Below, in pieces: positions 53,282 through 63,205 of a DNA stretch of 64,000 bases. The first letter of the stretch is position 1; each line of letters starts with the position of its first letter. The DNA is from Candidatus Latescibacterota bacterium (GTDB lineage Bacteria; Latescibacterota; UBA2968; UBA8231). A model generated the notes under the pieces. It did not search any database. It was not told where the DNA came from and saw only the letters and a program-made list of their open reading frames with translations. The stretch is taken from contig CBDETK010000013.1 in assembly GCA_965242865.1 (NCBI GenBank), positions 736,001 through 800,000 of the forward strand, given 5' to 3'. A program made the position numbers and the translations under genes.

Positions 53282-54643
53282 CTACAGCCCTTTGATGTAG
53301 AGATCGGAGAAAGGCTTCGTCAGCGACTGTTTGACCTCTGCCAGTACCGCATCCATGTCGTCGTTCCATTCGGCATCCGGCGGAAACTTATTCAACCTGA
53401 CCAACTCCCGATCTTCTGGGTTTTTCTTTACATGCACCTCAAGCCACTTGAGAATCGTCATGCTATGGGTAGAGACGACCACGTTGACTCCCTGACGGGC
53501 TAACTCAAAGAGGATCGCCGCCATCTCAACTTGCCAAGCCGAATGGAGATTGGACTCCGGTTCATCGAAAAAAAGAAAAGAGCCGCGCTCTAAGGCCCCT
53601 CGTTCAATCAACAGGGCCAGCATTCCCATATTTGCAACGCCCGCCGACGTGATGGAGAGCGGAATCGACTGGCCGTCTTTTTGAAATTCAAGATCGCCCG
53701 CTTCGCTCAGCACAATTTTTCCGCCAATCGCATCGTGCAGCCCGTTGTGGATTCCGGTGAGAGGATGGTCTATATGCGTCCTTCGGAGGGCAGCGGCTAG
53801 GTCGTAGAAGTAATCTGGGACGCCGTTCAGAGAATGCTCTAAAGGGGAACGCGAGCCGAGCTTAATCGACTCCAGAGGGTTTTTCAGTTTCCAATAAAGC
53901 GGAGACTCTAAATAGAAGACTTCGGGGAATGATTGCCCGTTCTCGACGATTTGCGGGCTGGGAATGAACTCAAAGTCCGCTTCATCTTCTTGTAATTCAC
54001 CTACTCCTTGGACGCTAAAATACAAGAAGGAATCGCCGTCCCCTTCGAACGTAAAAAAATTAGGCACTTGAAAATTTCCATATACATTCTGGCGAACCTT
54101 GTAAGACCATCCGTGGCGAATTGCCCATTCTAGGTCGCTGAAGAACTTTTCCAAATGATCTCTGATGATTTCGAGAGTGCCGTGCATATCAGATGAAGAG
54201 GCGTGGCCACCGGCTTTTCTCGTTTTAATGTCATTTTCGAGGGCGTGTAAGTGGCCCTTTATTTTTTCGGCTTCAACTACCAATGCAGGCTGCACCGCCT
54301 TGAGCGCGTCGAGTTCGCTTTGGCTCGGATAACTTGGGGGTGCCTCCTGTAGGATAGAGTTGATTTTTTTTAGCCCCTTTCTAATGGCGGACAGGGAGTG
54401 TTCTCCTCGCTCGCCATAATAGCGTTGCAAATTCAGGTCGAAGAAAGAGGTAATCTCATTAGAAAATGCTTCAAAAGACACGAAGGCGTGATTTGGGTTC
54501 CGCGCATCAAGTATCGAATACAACATCTTCGCCACGAGCGTCTTGCCGGTATTGTTCGGCCCGGCGAATACCGTGAATGGACCAACTTGGACGGTCGCCG
54601 CGTCGATTGGCCCCAAGTTCGCAATTTTCAACTGGAGGTCCAT
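53282..54643 (-). CDS. ABC-type (AAA_15/AAA_21-like) ATPase
   Basis: LKIANLGPI, Walker A GPNNTGKT, signature-like SAG, Walker B FFDEPESNLH, STHS. Confidence 0.9.
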   Translation of the reverse strand: MDLQLKIANLGPIDAATVQVGPFTVFAGPNNTGKTLVAKMLYSILDARNPNHAFVSFEAFSNEITSFFDLNLQRYYGERGEHSLSAIRKGLKKINSILQEAPPSYPSQSELDALKAVQPALVVEAEKIKGHLHALENDIKTRKAGGHASSSDMHGTLEIIRDHLEKFFSDLEWAIRHGWSYKVRQNVYGNFQVPNFFTFEGDGDSFLYFSVQGVGELQEDEADFEFIPSPQIVENGQSFPEVFYLESPLYWKLKNPLESIKLGSRSPLEHSLNGVPDYFYDLAAALRRTHIDHPLTGIHNGLHDAIGGKIVLSEAGDLEFQKDGQSIPLSITSAGVANMGMLALLIERGALERGSFLFFDEPESNLHSAWQVEMAAILFELARQGVNVVVSTHSMTILKWLEVHVKKNPEDRELVRLNKFPPDAEWNDDMDAVLAEVKQSLTKPFSDLYIKGL

Positions 54644-54709
54644 AAGTCCCTTCCTTTCTTTAGAGCCTCTATGTCCGCAGCCCGTCCAATAGCCGGGCGT
54701 TGAAGGCGG

Positions 54710-56089
54710 TTAGCCGGCGACCCGGTCGCCAAAGAGGGTGTGCGAGGTGGTGCGGGCGATGCGGATGGCTACGAACTCGTTGTGTGCGGCAGGTTGCGGG
54801 AAAATCGCTGTCTTGCCCTGTGGAGTGCGGCCGTAGTAGCGGGGCTGACCGTCGGCTGCTGGCCGCTTGGACGGGCCTTCGACCAAGACCTCGACCGTGC
54901 GACCGACATACCGCTGGTTGAGCTGGCGCGAAATGTCCTCTTGCAGGGCGATGATGTGCTGGAGACGCTCGCCCTTGACGGCTTCGGGGATGTCGTCGGG
55001 CAGCTTCTTGTGGGCGTAGGTGCCCTCGCGCTCTGAGTATTTGAACATGAACGCTGAGTCGTAGCGGATCTCTTCCATTAGGTCGCAGGTCTGGCGGAAG
55101 TCCGCGTCGGTCTCGCCGCAAAAGCCGGTGATGATGTCGGTCGTCAGGGCGAGATCGGGCAGGGCCGCACGCAGCTTCTGCACGAGCTGGCGGTATTGAT
55201 CGATGGTGTACCCGCGCCGCATGCGGGCGAGTTGGGCGTCCGACCCGCTCTGCACGGGCAGGTGCAGGCTCGGGCACACCGGGCCGACCTCGGCCATGGC
55301 GCGGATCACGCGGTCGGTAAAATCAACCGGATAGGGCGAGGTGAAGCGCACCCGCTCAATGCCCTCGACTTGGCTGACTTGCCGCAACAAATCGGCGAAA
55401 TCCACGCGGCCAGCGCGGTAGGAATTAACGGTCTGGCCGAGTAGGGTAACTTCCTTAAACCCCTCGGCCGCAAGGCGCTGGACTTGCTGCACGACCTCGT
55501 CAGCGGGCGCGCTGCGCTCCCGGCCGCGCACAAACGGCACAATGCAGAAGGTGCAGAATTTGTCGCAGCCGCGGATGATGGTGACCCAAGCGTTGGTGCC
55601 GGTGGTGCGCTGGGGGTGAACGCCGCTGTAGTTTTCCGAGCGGTCGAGCCGCACGTCTAAGAGCGCGTCGTCGCTGGATTGGGCGAGAAGCTGGGGCAGG
55701 CGGCGGTAGGAATCCGGCCCCATGACCAGATCGACGAAAGGAGCGCGGTCGGGCAAGGTCTTGCTCAGGTGCTGGGCCATGCAGCCGAGGATGCCCAAGG
55801 TGAGGTTGGGGCGGTGGGCTCGCAGCCCGTTGAGCTGGCTGACGCGGCCAATGACCCGCTCCTCAGCGTGTTCGCGCACCGCGCAGGTATTGAGCAGGAT
55901 GATGGCGGCCTGCTCGGCGCGTTCGGTAATCTGAAACCCAGCGTCCGCGAGGATGCTGGCCACTAACTCGCTGTCGGCCACGTTCATCTGGCAGCCGTAG
56001 GTTTCGATGTACACGCGGCGGCCCGCGGGGCCGGGCCGCGCGGCCACGGGCTGGGGTTCGACCGCGGTGTTGAGGAGAGGCAAGTTCAT
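54710..56089 (-). CDS. miaB: tRNA-2-methylthio-N6-dimethylallyladenosine synthase
   Basis: YIETYGCQMNVADSE, LNTCAVRE, GCDKFCTFCIVP, RVRFTSPYP, LHLPVQSGS, C-terminal TRAM. Confidence 0.95.
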   Translation of the reverse strand: MNLPLLNTAVEPQPVAARPGPAGRRVYIETYGCQMNVADSELVASILADAGFQITERAEQAAIILLNTCAVREHAEERVIGRVSQLNGLRAHRPNLTLGILGCMAQHLSKTLPDRAPFVDLVMGPDSYRRLPQLLAQSSDDALLDVRLDRSENYSGVHPQRTTGTNAWVTIIRGCDKFCTFCIVPFVRGRERSAPADEVVQQVQRLAAEGFKEVTLLGQTVNSYRAGRVDFADLLRQVSQVEGIERVRFTSPYPVDFTDRVIRAMAEVGPVCPSLHLPVQSGSDAQLARMRRGYTIDQYRQLVQKLRAALPDLALTTDIITGFCGETDADFRQTCDLMEEIRYDSAFMFKYSEREGTYAHKKLPDDIPEAVKGERLQHIIALQEDISRQLNQRYVGRTVEVLVEGPSKRPAADGQPRYYGRTPQGKTAIFPQPAAHNEFVAIRIARTTSHTLFGDRVAG

Positions 56090-57405
56090 GGGCGCGCTCC
56101 AAAAGTTAGCTCTTCGCGGGCTTGCTCAATTTGCACCTCCACGAACTCGTTGGGCGTGGCCGGCCCGGCGAAAAGGACCTTGATGTAGTTGTCGCTCAAG
56201 CCGACCTGCAAGCCGGTCGCTCGGTCGGGGCGGCCTTCGGCGAGGACTGGGAGCGAGCGGCCGACAAAGTGCTGGTGGAAGGCGAGCCGCTTGGCTGCGC
56301 CGAGGGCGATGAGCGCTTGGCTGCGCTCCTTTTTGACCGCGGCGGCTTGGGGGTCGGGCAGGCGCTCGGCCGGGGTGCCGTCGCGTTGCGAGTACGAAAA
56401 GACGTGGAGATACGTCAGGGGCAGGTCGGCTAGCAAGGCGCGGGTCTGGGCAAAATGCGCGTCGGTTTCCCCGGGAAAGCCCACCATGACGTCCGCGCCA
56501 AGGGCGCAATCGGGGATGCAGCGGGCAATGCGCTCAATTCGCTCGGCGTAGTAGGCCCGCGTGTAGCGCCGCCCCATGCGCTTGAGGATGCGGTCGTCGC
56601 CGCTTTGCAAGGGCACGTGGAAATGGCGGCACAAGGCCGGGGACGCTGCAACGTGGTCGATCAGCGCGTCGGTGACGTAGCCCGGCTCAATGGAGTTGAG
56701 GCGGATGCGCGCCAAGCCGTTGACTTGCTCCAGCGCGGCGAGCAGCTCGACGAGCGCCCCGGGCCGGCCTTGGTCGTGCCCGTAGCGCCCGGTGTGGACG
56801 CCGGTCAGGGCCAACTCGCGGTAGCCGGCCGCGACCATGCGCTCGGCTTGGGCTAGGACTTCGGCGGCCGGGCGGCTCGCGCTCGGCCCGCGCACGGCCG
56901 GGATGATGCAATAGGTGCAGTGCTCGTCGCAGCCGTCTTGGATTTGCAGGCTGCCGCGGGTGCGGCCTTGGGGCACCGCGCCGTCAATGGCGAGAAATTG
57001 CTCGGTGCGGGGCCGCGCGGCCGAGGGCGCGGGGAGCTCGACGCCGGCGAGATGCGATTCGAGTAGCTCGACGAGCTGGGCCTTGTGCCCGTTGCCCACG
57101 ACCAAATCGGCGCCGGCCGTGGTCAAGTCGGCTGGCCGCCGCTGGGCATAGCAGCCGGTGGCGACGACCTCGGCGCTCGGATTGCGCCGCCGGGCGCGGC
57201 GCACGGCCTTGCGCGAGTCCGCATCGCCGGCGCCGGTGACGGTGCAGGTATTGACTACGTACACGTCGGCTTCCGAGCGGAAGGGCACGATGGAATAGCC
57301 GCGCTCGGCTAGGCGGTGGGCGAGGGCTTCTACTTCGTAGGCATTGAGCTTGCAGCCCACGTTTTGCAGCGCCACGCGCGTATTTTCGGACGTTGGAGTA
57401 CCCAT
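56086..57405 (-). CDS. mtaB: Threonylcarbamoyladenosine tRNA methylthiotransferase
   Basis: GCKLNAYE, VNTCTVT, IQDGCDEHCTYCIIP, LTGVH.G.YG, RLNSIEP, HVFSYS.RDGT. Confidence 0.93.
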   Translation of the reverse strand: MGTPTSENTRVALQNVGCKLNAYEVEALAHRLAERGYSIVPFRSEADVYVVNTCTVTGAGDADSRKAVRRARRRNPSAEVVATGCYAQRRPADLTTAGADLVVGNGHKAQLVELLESHLAGVELPAPSAARPRTEQFLAIDGAVPQGRTRGSLQIQDGCDEHCTYCIIPAVRGPSASRPAAEVLAQAERMVAAGYRELALTGVHTGRYGHDQGRPGALVELLAALEQVNGLARIRLNSIEPGYVTDALIDHVAASPALCRHFHVPLQSGDDRILKRMGRRYTRAYYAERIERIARCIPDCALGADVMVGFPGETDAHFAQTRALLADLPLTYLHVFSYSQRDGTPAERLPDPQAAAVKKERSQALIALGAAKRLAFHQHFVGRSLPVLAEGRPDRATGLQVGLSDNYIKVLFAGPATPNEFVEVQIEQAREELTFGARP

Positions 57406-57473
57406 AAGTACCTAAAGGGAAACGAGATAAACGATAAAGCTAAGGCTGGCCCTTCACTGGGGCAATGGGCCGT

Positions 57474-59702
57474 TCAGGCGGGTTCGAGCTGGGCGTAGGC
57501 GACCGCAATGCGTTTGATCTGGGTCTTAAAGCGGATGGAGAGCTTCATCTTTTCGCCGTGCCCTTCGCGGCTGACGATTTGCCCGCGCCCCCATTGGGGG
57601 TGGCGCACCCACTGGCCGACGGCGAGGAAGTCGTCTTGGGCGACGAGCTCGTCAAACCCGGATGCTGGCTCGGCGTCCCACTCGTAGTGGACGCCTGGGG
57701 GTGCTTTTTCGCGCTTGGGGCGCGGCGGGCTGACGCGCTGCCGGGCGCGGGCCACGCCGCGGTCCAACTCGTAGGTCTGAGCCGTTAGTTCGGAGGGGAT
57801 TTCGCCCAAGAACCGCGAGGGTTCGGTGGCGAGCAGCGAGCCGTACGCGTAGCGGCGCAGGGCATAGGTGAGGCTGAGCTGCTCGCGAGCGCGGGTCATG
57901 CCCACGTAGCAGAGCCGGCGCTCCTCCTCGATGGCTTGGGGATCGTCGATGGCCCGCGCGGTGGGAAAGAGGTTCTCTTCGAGGCCGCAGACAAAGACCA
58001 AGGGGAACTCTAAGCCCTTGGCGCTGTGCAAGGTCATCAAGGTAATGGCGTTGCCGTCGGCGTCGCTTTCGTCGGCCGAGGTCAGCAGGGACTTTTCTTC
58101 GAGATAGGTGGCTAAGGTGGCGTCTGGGTTTTCGTCGGCGTACTCGGTCATTTCGGCCAGCAACTGGTCGAGGTTTTGCAAGCGCGCCTCGGCTTCGGGG
58201 GTGTTTTCAGCCGCGAGCATGGAGCGGTAGCCGCTCTGTTCGACGACGGCAAAGCCCAGCTCGGGCAGGGAGCGCGTCTCGGTCGCGGCCATGAGCTCGC
58301 CAATTAGGTCGGCAAAAGCCGCGAGGCTCTTTTGGGCGCGGCTGCTGAGGCCGGGCACATCGCTGAGGTGGGCCAGCGCGGTGGAAAGGCTCCAGTCTTG
58401 GGTTTGGGCGAAATCCTGCAAGCGGGCGAGGGACTTGGCGCCAATGCCGCGCCGGGGCGTATTGACGATGCGGCGCAGGGCCATGTCGTCGGCCGGGTTG
58501 ACCAACAGGCGCAAATAGGCCAGCACATCGCGAATTTCGCGGCGGTCGTAAAAGCGGATGCCCCCGACGAGGACGTACGGCAGGCCGGCGCGCTGGAGCT
58601 CCTCTTCAAAGAGCCGCGACTGGGCGTTGGTGCGGTAGAGCACGGCCGCGTCCCCGAGGCGGTAGCGGCCCAAGCGGTCGTAGCGGCGGATGCACTCGAC
58701 GACGTGGCGGGCCTCGCGGCGGTCCGAGTCGCATTCGACGACTGCGACCGGGTCGCCCTCGGGGCCGTCGGTCCACAGCTCTTTGCCCTTGCGGCCTTGG
58801 TTGTGGCTGATGACCGCGTTGGCCGCGGCGAGGATGCGGCCGGTCGAGCGGTAGTTTTGCTCCAGCCGCACGCTGCGGGCGTCCGGGTAGTCGCGCTCAA
58901 AGTCGAGAATGTTGCGGAGGTCCGCGCCGCGGAATTGGTAGATCGATTGGTCGTCGTCGCCGACTACGCAGAGGTTGCGGTGGTGTGCCGCTAGCTGGCG
59001 GCAGAGCAAGTACTGGGGCCGGTTCGTGTCTTGGTATTCATCGACGAGCAGGTGCTCAAAGCGCGTTTGGTAGGTTTGCAGAATGCTGGGGTGACGCTCG
59101 AATTGGCGCACGACCAAAATGAGCAAGTCGTCGAAATCGAGGGCTTGGTTGCGGCCCAACTCGCGCTCGTAATCGGCGTAGAGTTCGGCGATTTGCCGCT
59201 GGGGCTCGGTCGCTTGGTCGGCAAATTCCAACGGGCCGAGCATGGCGTTTTTGGCGCGGCTGATCTGGCGGATGACCGCGCGGGGAGCGAGCTCGCGCTC
59301 GTCGATTTGGTGGGCGTCGAGCACGCGGCGCATGGTGGCGCGGCGGTCGTCTTCGTCGTAGATGGAGAAATTGGGATCGAGGCCAAACTCCGCGGCTTGG
59401 CGGCGCAGGATGCGCGCGCAGATCGCGTGGAAGGTGCCGACCCACAGCTCGCTGGCGGCCGACGAGCCGACGAGCTGCTCGATGCGCTCGCGCATTTCGC
59501 CGGCCGCTTTGTTGGTAAAGGTCGCGGCGAGGATGCGCCACGGGGCCACGCCGACCTCTTCGATGAGGAAGGCGATGCGATGGGTGAGGACGCGGGTTTT
59601 GCCCGACCCGGCCCCGGCGAGGATCAACAGGGGACCGCCCAAGGCTTCGGCCGCGCAGCGTTGCGCTGGATTGAGGGCGTCTAGTAGGCTGGGGCTGGCC
59701 AT
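57474..59702 (-). CDS. pcrA: ATP-dependent DNA helicase PcrA/UvrD
   Basis: LNPAQ, LAGAGSGKTRVLTHRIA, TFTNKAAGEM, VDEYQDTN, LEQNYRS, TLHSAKGLEFP, EEERRLCYVGMTRA, Tudor-like tail; start corrected to ATG 59702. Confidence 0.95.
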   Translation of the reverse strand: MASPSLLDALNPAQRCAAEALGGPLLILAGAGSGKTRVLTHRIAFLIEEVGVAPWRILAATFTNKAAGEMRERIEQLVGSSAASELWVGTFHAICARILRRQAAEFGLDPNFSIYDEDDRRATMRRVLDAHQIDERELAPRAVIRQISRAKNAMLGPLEFADQATEPQRQIAELYADYERELGRNQALDFDDLLILVVRQFERHPSILQTYQTRFEHLLVDEYQDTNRPQYLLCRQLAAHHRNLCVVGDDDQSIYQFRGADLRNILDFERDYPDARSVRLEQNYRSTGRILAAANAVISHNQGRKGKELWTDGPEGDPVAVVECDSDRREARHVVECIRRYDRLGRYRLGDAAVLYRTNAQSRLFEEELQRAGLPYVLVGGIRFYDRREIRDVLAYLRLLVNPADDMALRRIVNTPRRGIGAKSLARLQDFAQTQDWSLSTALAHLSDVPGLSSRAQKSLAAFADLIGELMAATETRSLPELGFAVVEQSGYRSMLAAENTPEAEARLQNLDQLLAEMTEYADENPDATLATYLEEKSLLTSADESDADGNAITLMTLHSAKGLEFPLVFVCGLEENLFPTARAIDDPQAIEEERRLCYVGMTRAREQLSLTYALRRYAYGSLLATEPSRFLGEIPSELTAQTYELDRGVARARQRVSPPRPKREKAPPGVHYEWDAEPASGFDELVAQDDFLAVGQWVRHPQWGRGQIVSREGHGEKMKLSIRFKTQIKRIAVAYAQLEPA

Positions 59703-59704
59703 CC

Positions 59705-60736
59705 TCAGTTGGTCTGCGTGCGCTGGGCGCGCTTGACGCGGCGCTTGGCGCGCTCGTGTTCCCGGTTGGTGCGGCTGAAGATGTGGGTGCCGTCGCCGCG
59801 GGCCACGAAGTAGAGATAATCGGTTTTGGCCGGATAGAGCACGGCGAGCAGGGCGGTGCGCCCGGGGTTGCTGATCGGACCGGGCGGCAGGCCGTGGTGG
59901 CGGTACGTATTGAAGGGCGAATCCACCTTTAAGTCGGCATAGGTCAGCCGCTTCTTGGTGGTGCCGAGCGCGTAGTTGATCGTGGCGCACGATTCGAGGC
60001 GGCGGTTGAGCTTGAGGCGGCGTTGAAAGACCCCGGAGATAATGGGCTGCTCCGCAACGGCCACGGCCTCGCGCTCGACGATGGAGGCCAGCGTCACGGC
60101 TTGGTGCAAGGAAAGCCCGAGTTCGTTGAGCCGCTGGTGCAGGGAGTCGGCGAATACGCGGTGGAATTGGCCGACCATGCGGGCGGCGATGGCGCGTTCA
60201 TCCGCGTTGAGGTCGAAGAAGTACGTCTCGGGGAAGAGGTAGCCTTCGAGGCTGGACGCGGCCACCCCGAGCTGGCGGATGAGGCGCGGGTCTTCGGTCG
60301 CGGCGACAAAGCGGGCCGAGTCCGCCACGCCGGCGGCCTGCAACTGCCCCGCGATCTGATGGCGATTCAGGCCCTCGGAAATCAGGGCCGATTGGGTTTG
60401 GATCGGGGCCTTGAGCAGGGCTTGGGCCAGAGCGACGGTCGTGCCCGTGCCGTCGAGGCGATAGGTGCCGGCTTCGAGCCGGTGCCCGAGGCCCTTGAGC
60501 CGGACGATCCACGCAAAGACCTGCGCGTTGTGGATTAGGTTTTCGCGCTCCAGCAACTGGCCGATCCAACGGGCACTCGCGCCTGGGGGGATGTGAATTT
60601 GGCGCGCCGGGTATTCGTAGGTAGGCCGGTTTAAGTGCCACAAGGCCCCCAGCGGCAACGCCGCTCCCACCAACCCGAGTGCCGCGCCGAGTACGAGGGT
60701 GCGGAACCAGCGTCTAGATTTGACTTGAGTTGCCAT
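59705..60736 (-). CDS. mltG: Endolytic murein transglycosylase
   Basis: N-terminal TM; LEGYLFPETY, LASIVEREA, SPFNTY..GLPPGPISNPG, YLYFVA.GDG.H.FS. Confidence 0.95.
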   Translation of the reverse strand: MATQVKSRRWFRTLVLGAALGLVGAALPLGALWHLNRPTYEYPARQIHIPPGASARWIGQLLERENLIHNAQVFAWIVRLKGLGHRLEAGTYRLDGTGTTVALAQALLKAPIQTQSALISEGLNRHQIAGQLQAAGVADSARFVAATEDPRLIRQLGVAASSLEGYLFPETYFFDLNADERAIAARMVGQFHRVFADSLHQRLNELGLSLHQAVTLASIVEREAVAVAEQPIISGVFQRRLKLNRRLESCATINYALGTTKKRLTYADLKVDSPFNTYRHHGLPPGPISNPGRTALLAVLYPAKTDYLYFVARGDGTHIFSRTNREHERAKRRVKRAQRTQTN

Positions 60737-60912
60737 ACGGTCGGCCTAGCGGGAAGGATGGGGGCCGGCACGGGGGCCGGCCCCCACGCCCCAAGGTGGA
60801 TTTTCAGAAAAAGGTGATGCGCCCAGCTATGAGAGGACGCGGGCTGTGAACGCAAGGTAAGGGCTAGTGCAAAAGTGAGGATCGGGAGTTTTTACCGCCA
60901 AGACTGAGAGCG

Positions 60913-60941
60913 AAATTATGAGAAAAGGCCGTCCCTGTCAA
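60913..60941 (-). promoter_or_regulatory. Putative sigma70 promoter for mltG operon
   Basis: Minus strand TTGACA-17 bp-TAATTT. Confidence 0.6.
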
Positions 60942-60955
60942 TCGGCGTCGCTTTC

Positions 60956-60984
60956 TTGACGCTAGCGGGGAATCCGGTTAATTT
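60956..60984 (+). promoter_or_regulatory. Putative sigma70 promoter for ABC transporter
   Basis: TTGACG-17 bp-TAATTT, back-to-back with the mltG promoter. Confidence 0.55.
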
Positions 60985-61028
60985 GCCAACCTTTTGTCTC
61001 GCCGCCTCAACCCGCTAGGAGATTTTCG

Positions 61029-61970
61029 TTGGACCCCCAAGTACGCATCAGCATTTCGCAGCTTTCCCACACCTATGCGGGTACGGGCCGCCGGGCACTC
61101 CACGCCGTCGATCTCGACATCCACGCCGGGGAAACCATGGCCCTGTTGGGGCCTAACGGCAGTGGTAAATCCACGCTCCTGCGCATCCTGACCACTGCGC
61201 TGGTGCCGACCTCCGGGGCGGTGCGAGTCGGCGGCGCGGTCTTGGGGCGAGATTCGGCGGCGGTGCGCCGCCAGCTCGGCGTAGTCTTTCAAGAGCCGGC
61301 GCTCGACGGGAAGTTGACGGTCGGGGAAAACTTGCGGACGGCCGGGCTGCTCTACGGCATGGGCCGGCGCGCCGTGCGCCAGCGCAGCCAACAGTTGCTG
61401 GAGGTCGTGGGCTTGTGGGAACGGCGCCGCGAGCGGGTGGAAAAGCTGTCTGGAGGGATGCGGCGGCGCGTCGAACTGGCCAAGGCGCTGCTGCCAGCCC
61501 CGGCCATTCTCGCGCTCGACGAGCCAACGGCCGGTTTGGACCCGGTGGCGCGCCAAGACTTCTGGGGCCAAGTGGAGGAGCTCAAAGCGGGCGAACCGCT
61601 CACCGTGGTGGTCTCGACCCACCTGTTAGACGAGGCCGAGCGCGCGGACCGAGTGGCCATTTTGCACCAAGGCCAAGTGCTCGTCTGCGGTCCCCCCAGG
61701 GCCTTACAACGCCAGTTGGGGCGCGAAATCCTCACCCTGCGCAGCGACGATGCGGCCGCGCTGCAAGCCGCCCTGCACCGCGCCATGGGCCTAGAGGGCC
61801 TAGTGGTCGGTCGGGATGTGCGCGTGCCGCTCAAAAGCGACGTCAGCCTCGACGAGGTATTCCAGCGGTTCGGTGCCCAGATCCGCTCGCTGTCGCTGGC
61901 GCCGCCCTCGCTCGACGATGTGTTCGTGCGCCACACCGGCCAACACCTCGCGGAGGGGAAGGCCGCTTGA
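61029..61970 (+). CDS. ABC-2 type transporter ATP-binding protein (DrrA-like)
   Basis: GPNGSGKST, LSGGMRRR, LDEPTAGLDP, STH. Confidence 0.92.
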   Translation: MDPQVRISISQLSHTYAGTGRRALHAVDLDIHAGETMALLGPNGSGKSTLLRILTTALVPTSGAVRVGGAVLGRDSAAVRRQLGVVFQEPALDGKLTVGENLRTAGLLYGMGRRAVRQRSQQLLEVVGLWERRRERVEKLSGGMRRRVELAKALLPAPAILALDEPTAGLDPVARQDFWGQVEELKAGEPLTVVVSTHLLDEAERADRVAILHQGQVLVCGPPRALQRQLGREILTLRSDDAAALQAALHRAMGLEGLVVGRDVRVPLKSDVSLDEVFQRFGAQIRSLSLAPPSLDDVFVRHTGQHLAEGKAA

Positions 61971-62731
61971 CCGGCGTCTGGATTCTGGCCCAGCGCGAAG
62001 TGCTGCGCTTTTTCCGCCAGCCTTCGCGGCTTTTGGGGAACTTGGTGCAGCCGCTGATGCTGTGGTTTTTTTTGAGCTCGGGGGTTTCCGCCCGCTTCAT
62101 CAGCGGGGGCCGCGAGGTGAGCTACGGAGAATTCTTCTATCCGGGCGTCGTGCTGATGCTCCTGCTATTCGCGGCGATTTTTTCCACCATCACCCTCATT
62201 GAAGACCGCAGCGTCGGTTTTTTGCAAGGCGTGCTGGTCGCGCCGGTGCCGCGCCTGAGCATCGCGCTGGGCAAGCTGGTCGGCGGTACGCTCATCGCCC
62301 TGTTGCAGGTGTTCGTGTTTTTGCTGCTGGCGCCGGTGGCTGGCCTCGGCTTGGCCGTGGACATGGCCGTGGTGCTCTTGGCTCTGTGCGCCCTGATCGG
62401 CTTGGGCTTTACGGGCTTGGGCTTCATGGTCGCGTGGCAGTTGGATTCCGTGGCGGGCTACCATTCGGTGATGAGCGTGGTTCTCATCCCCTTGTGGTTT
62501 CTTTCGGGCGCACTCTTTCCCATTGAAGGGGCCGCGCCTTGGCTCGAATGGGTGATGCAGTGCAATCCCGTGACCTATGCTTTGGTCGTTTTGCGCCAGG
62601 CGTTCTACTTGGCCCCGGCCCAACTCTTGGCCGATCCCGCGTTTGTGCAGGCCCTGCTGGTCACCAGCGGCTGGACCGGGCTGACGACCAGCGGGGCCGC
62701 TTGGATGGTGGCCCGCAGCCGCCGGTCCTGA
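61967..62731 (+). CDS. ABC-2 type transporter permease
   Basis: TTGA overlap; REVLRFFRQPSR, GFLQGVLVAPV, FLSGALFP, NPVTY; about 6 TM. Confidence 0.9.
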   Translation: MTGVWILAQREVLRFFRQPSRLLGNLVQPLMLWFFLSSGVSARFISGGREVSYGEFFYPGVVLMLLLFAAIFSTITLIEDRSVGFLQGVLVAPVPRLSIALGKLVGGTLIALLQVFVFLLLAPVAGLGLAVDMAVVLLALCALIGLGFTGLGFMVAWQLDSVAGYHSVMSVVLIPLWFLSGALFPIEGAAPWLEWVMQCNPVTYALVVLRQAFYLAPAQLLADPAFVQALLVTSGWTGLTTSGAAWMVARSRRS

Positions 62732-62733
62732 GG

Positions 62734-63147
62734 TCAGAGCCGGTAGAGCATTAGATAGACCACCACGCCGCTGACCGAGACAAAAATCCACATCGGCCAG
62801 ACCCAGCGGGCCAACCGGCGATGGCCGGCAAAATTTTGCTTGTACGCACACCAGACGACGCGGGCCACCAGCGGGGCCTGCACCGCGGCGAGGATCACGT
62901 GGGGGATGAGCACGGCAAAATACAGGGGGCGGGTCCAGTCGTAGTGGGGATAGGGCACGGAACCTACCTGAACATGGTAAATCAAGTACGAACAGAGGAA
63001 GAGCGCGGAGCAGCCGAGTGCGGCCAGCATGGACTTTTGGTGAGCTCGGCGGGCGCCGCGGCGGATCTGCAGGAAGCCGCGCACGAGCAAAACCGTGCAT
63101 ACAGTGTTGAGGCCGGCGTTTAGGGTGGGGAGATCGAGAACGGACAC
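62734..63147 (-). CDS. DUF420-family membrane protein
   Basis: LPTLNA.LN, H.K.ML.A...SALFL.SYL.YH, HRRLAR...P.W..VSVSGVVVYLMLY. Confidence 0.85.
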   Translation of the reverse strand: MSVLDLPTLNAGLNTVCTVLLVRGFLQIRRGARRAHQKSMLAALGCSALFLCSYLIYHVQVGSVPYPHYDWTRPLYFAVLIPHVILAAVQAPLVARVVWCAYKQNFAGHRRLARWVWPMWIFVSVSGVVVYLMLYRL

Positions 63148-63205
63148 GGATCATTAAAAGAGGGCTTGCGCTGCTGGACTTACGGCACAAGCCCTCGTTG
63201 GGGTG

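Noticed and set aside
59703-59990. N-terminal extensions in the ORF track (pcrA; also 30820-31203, 20891-20986, 61415-61966)
   Set aside because: They overlap upstream genes; internal starts at or next to the upstream stop give normal N-termini.
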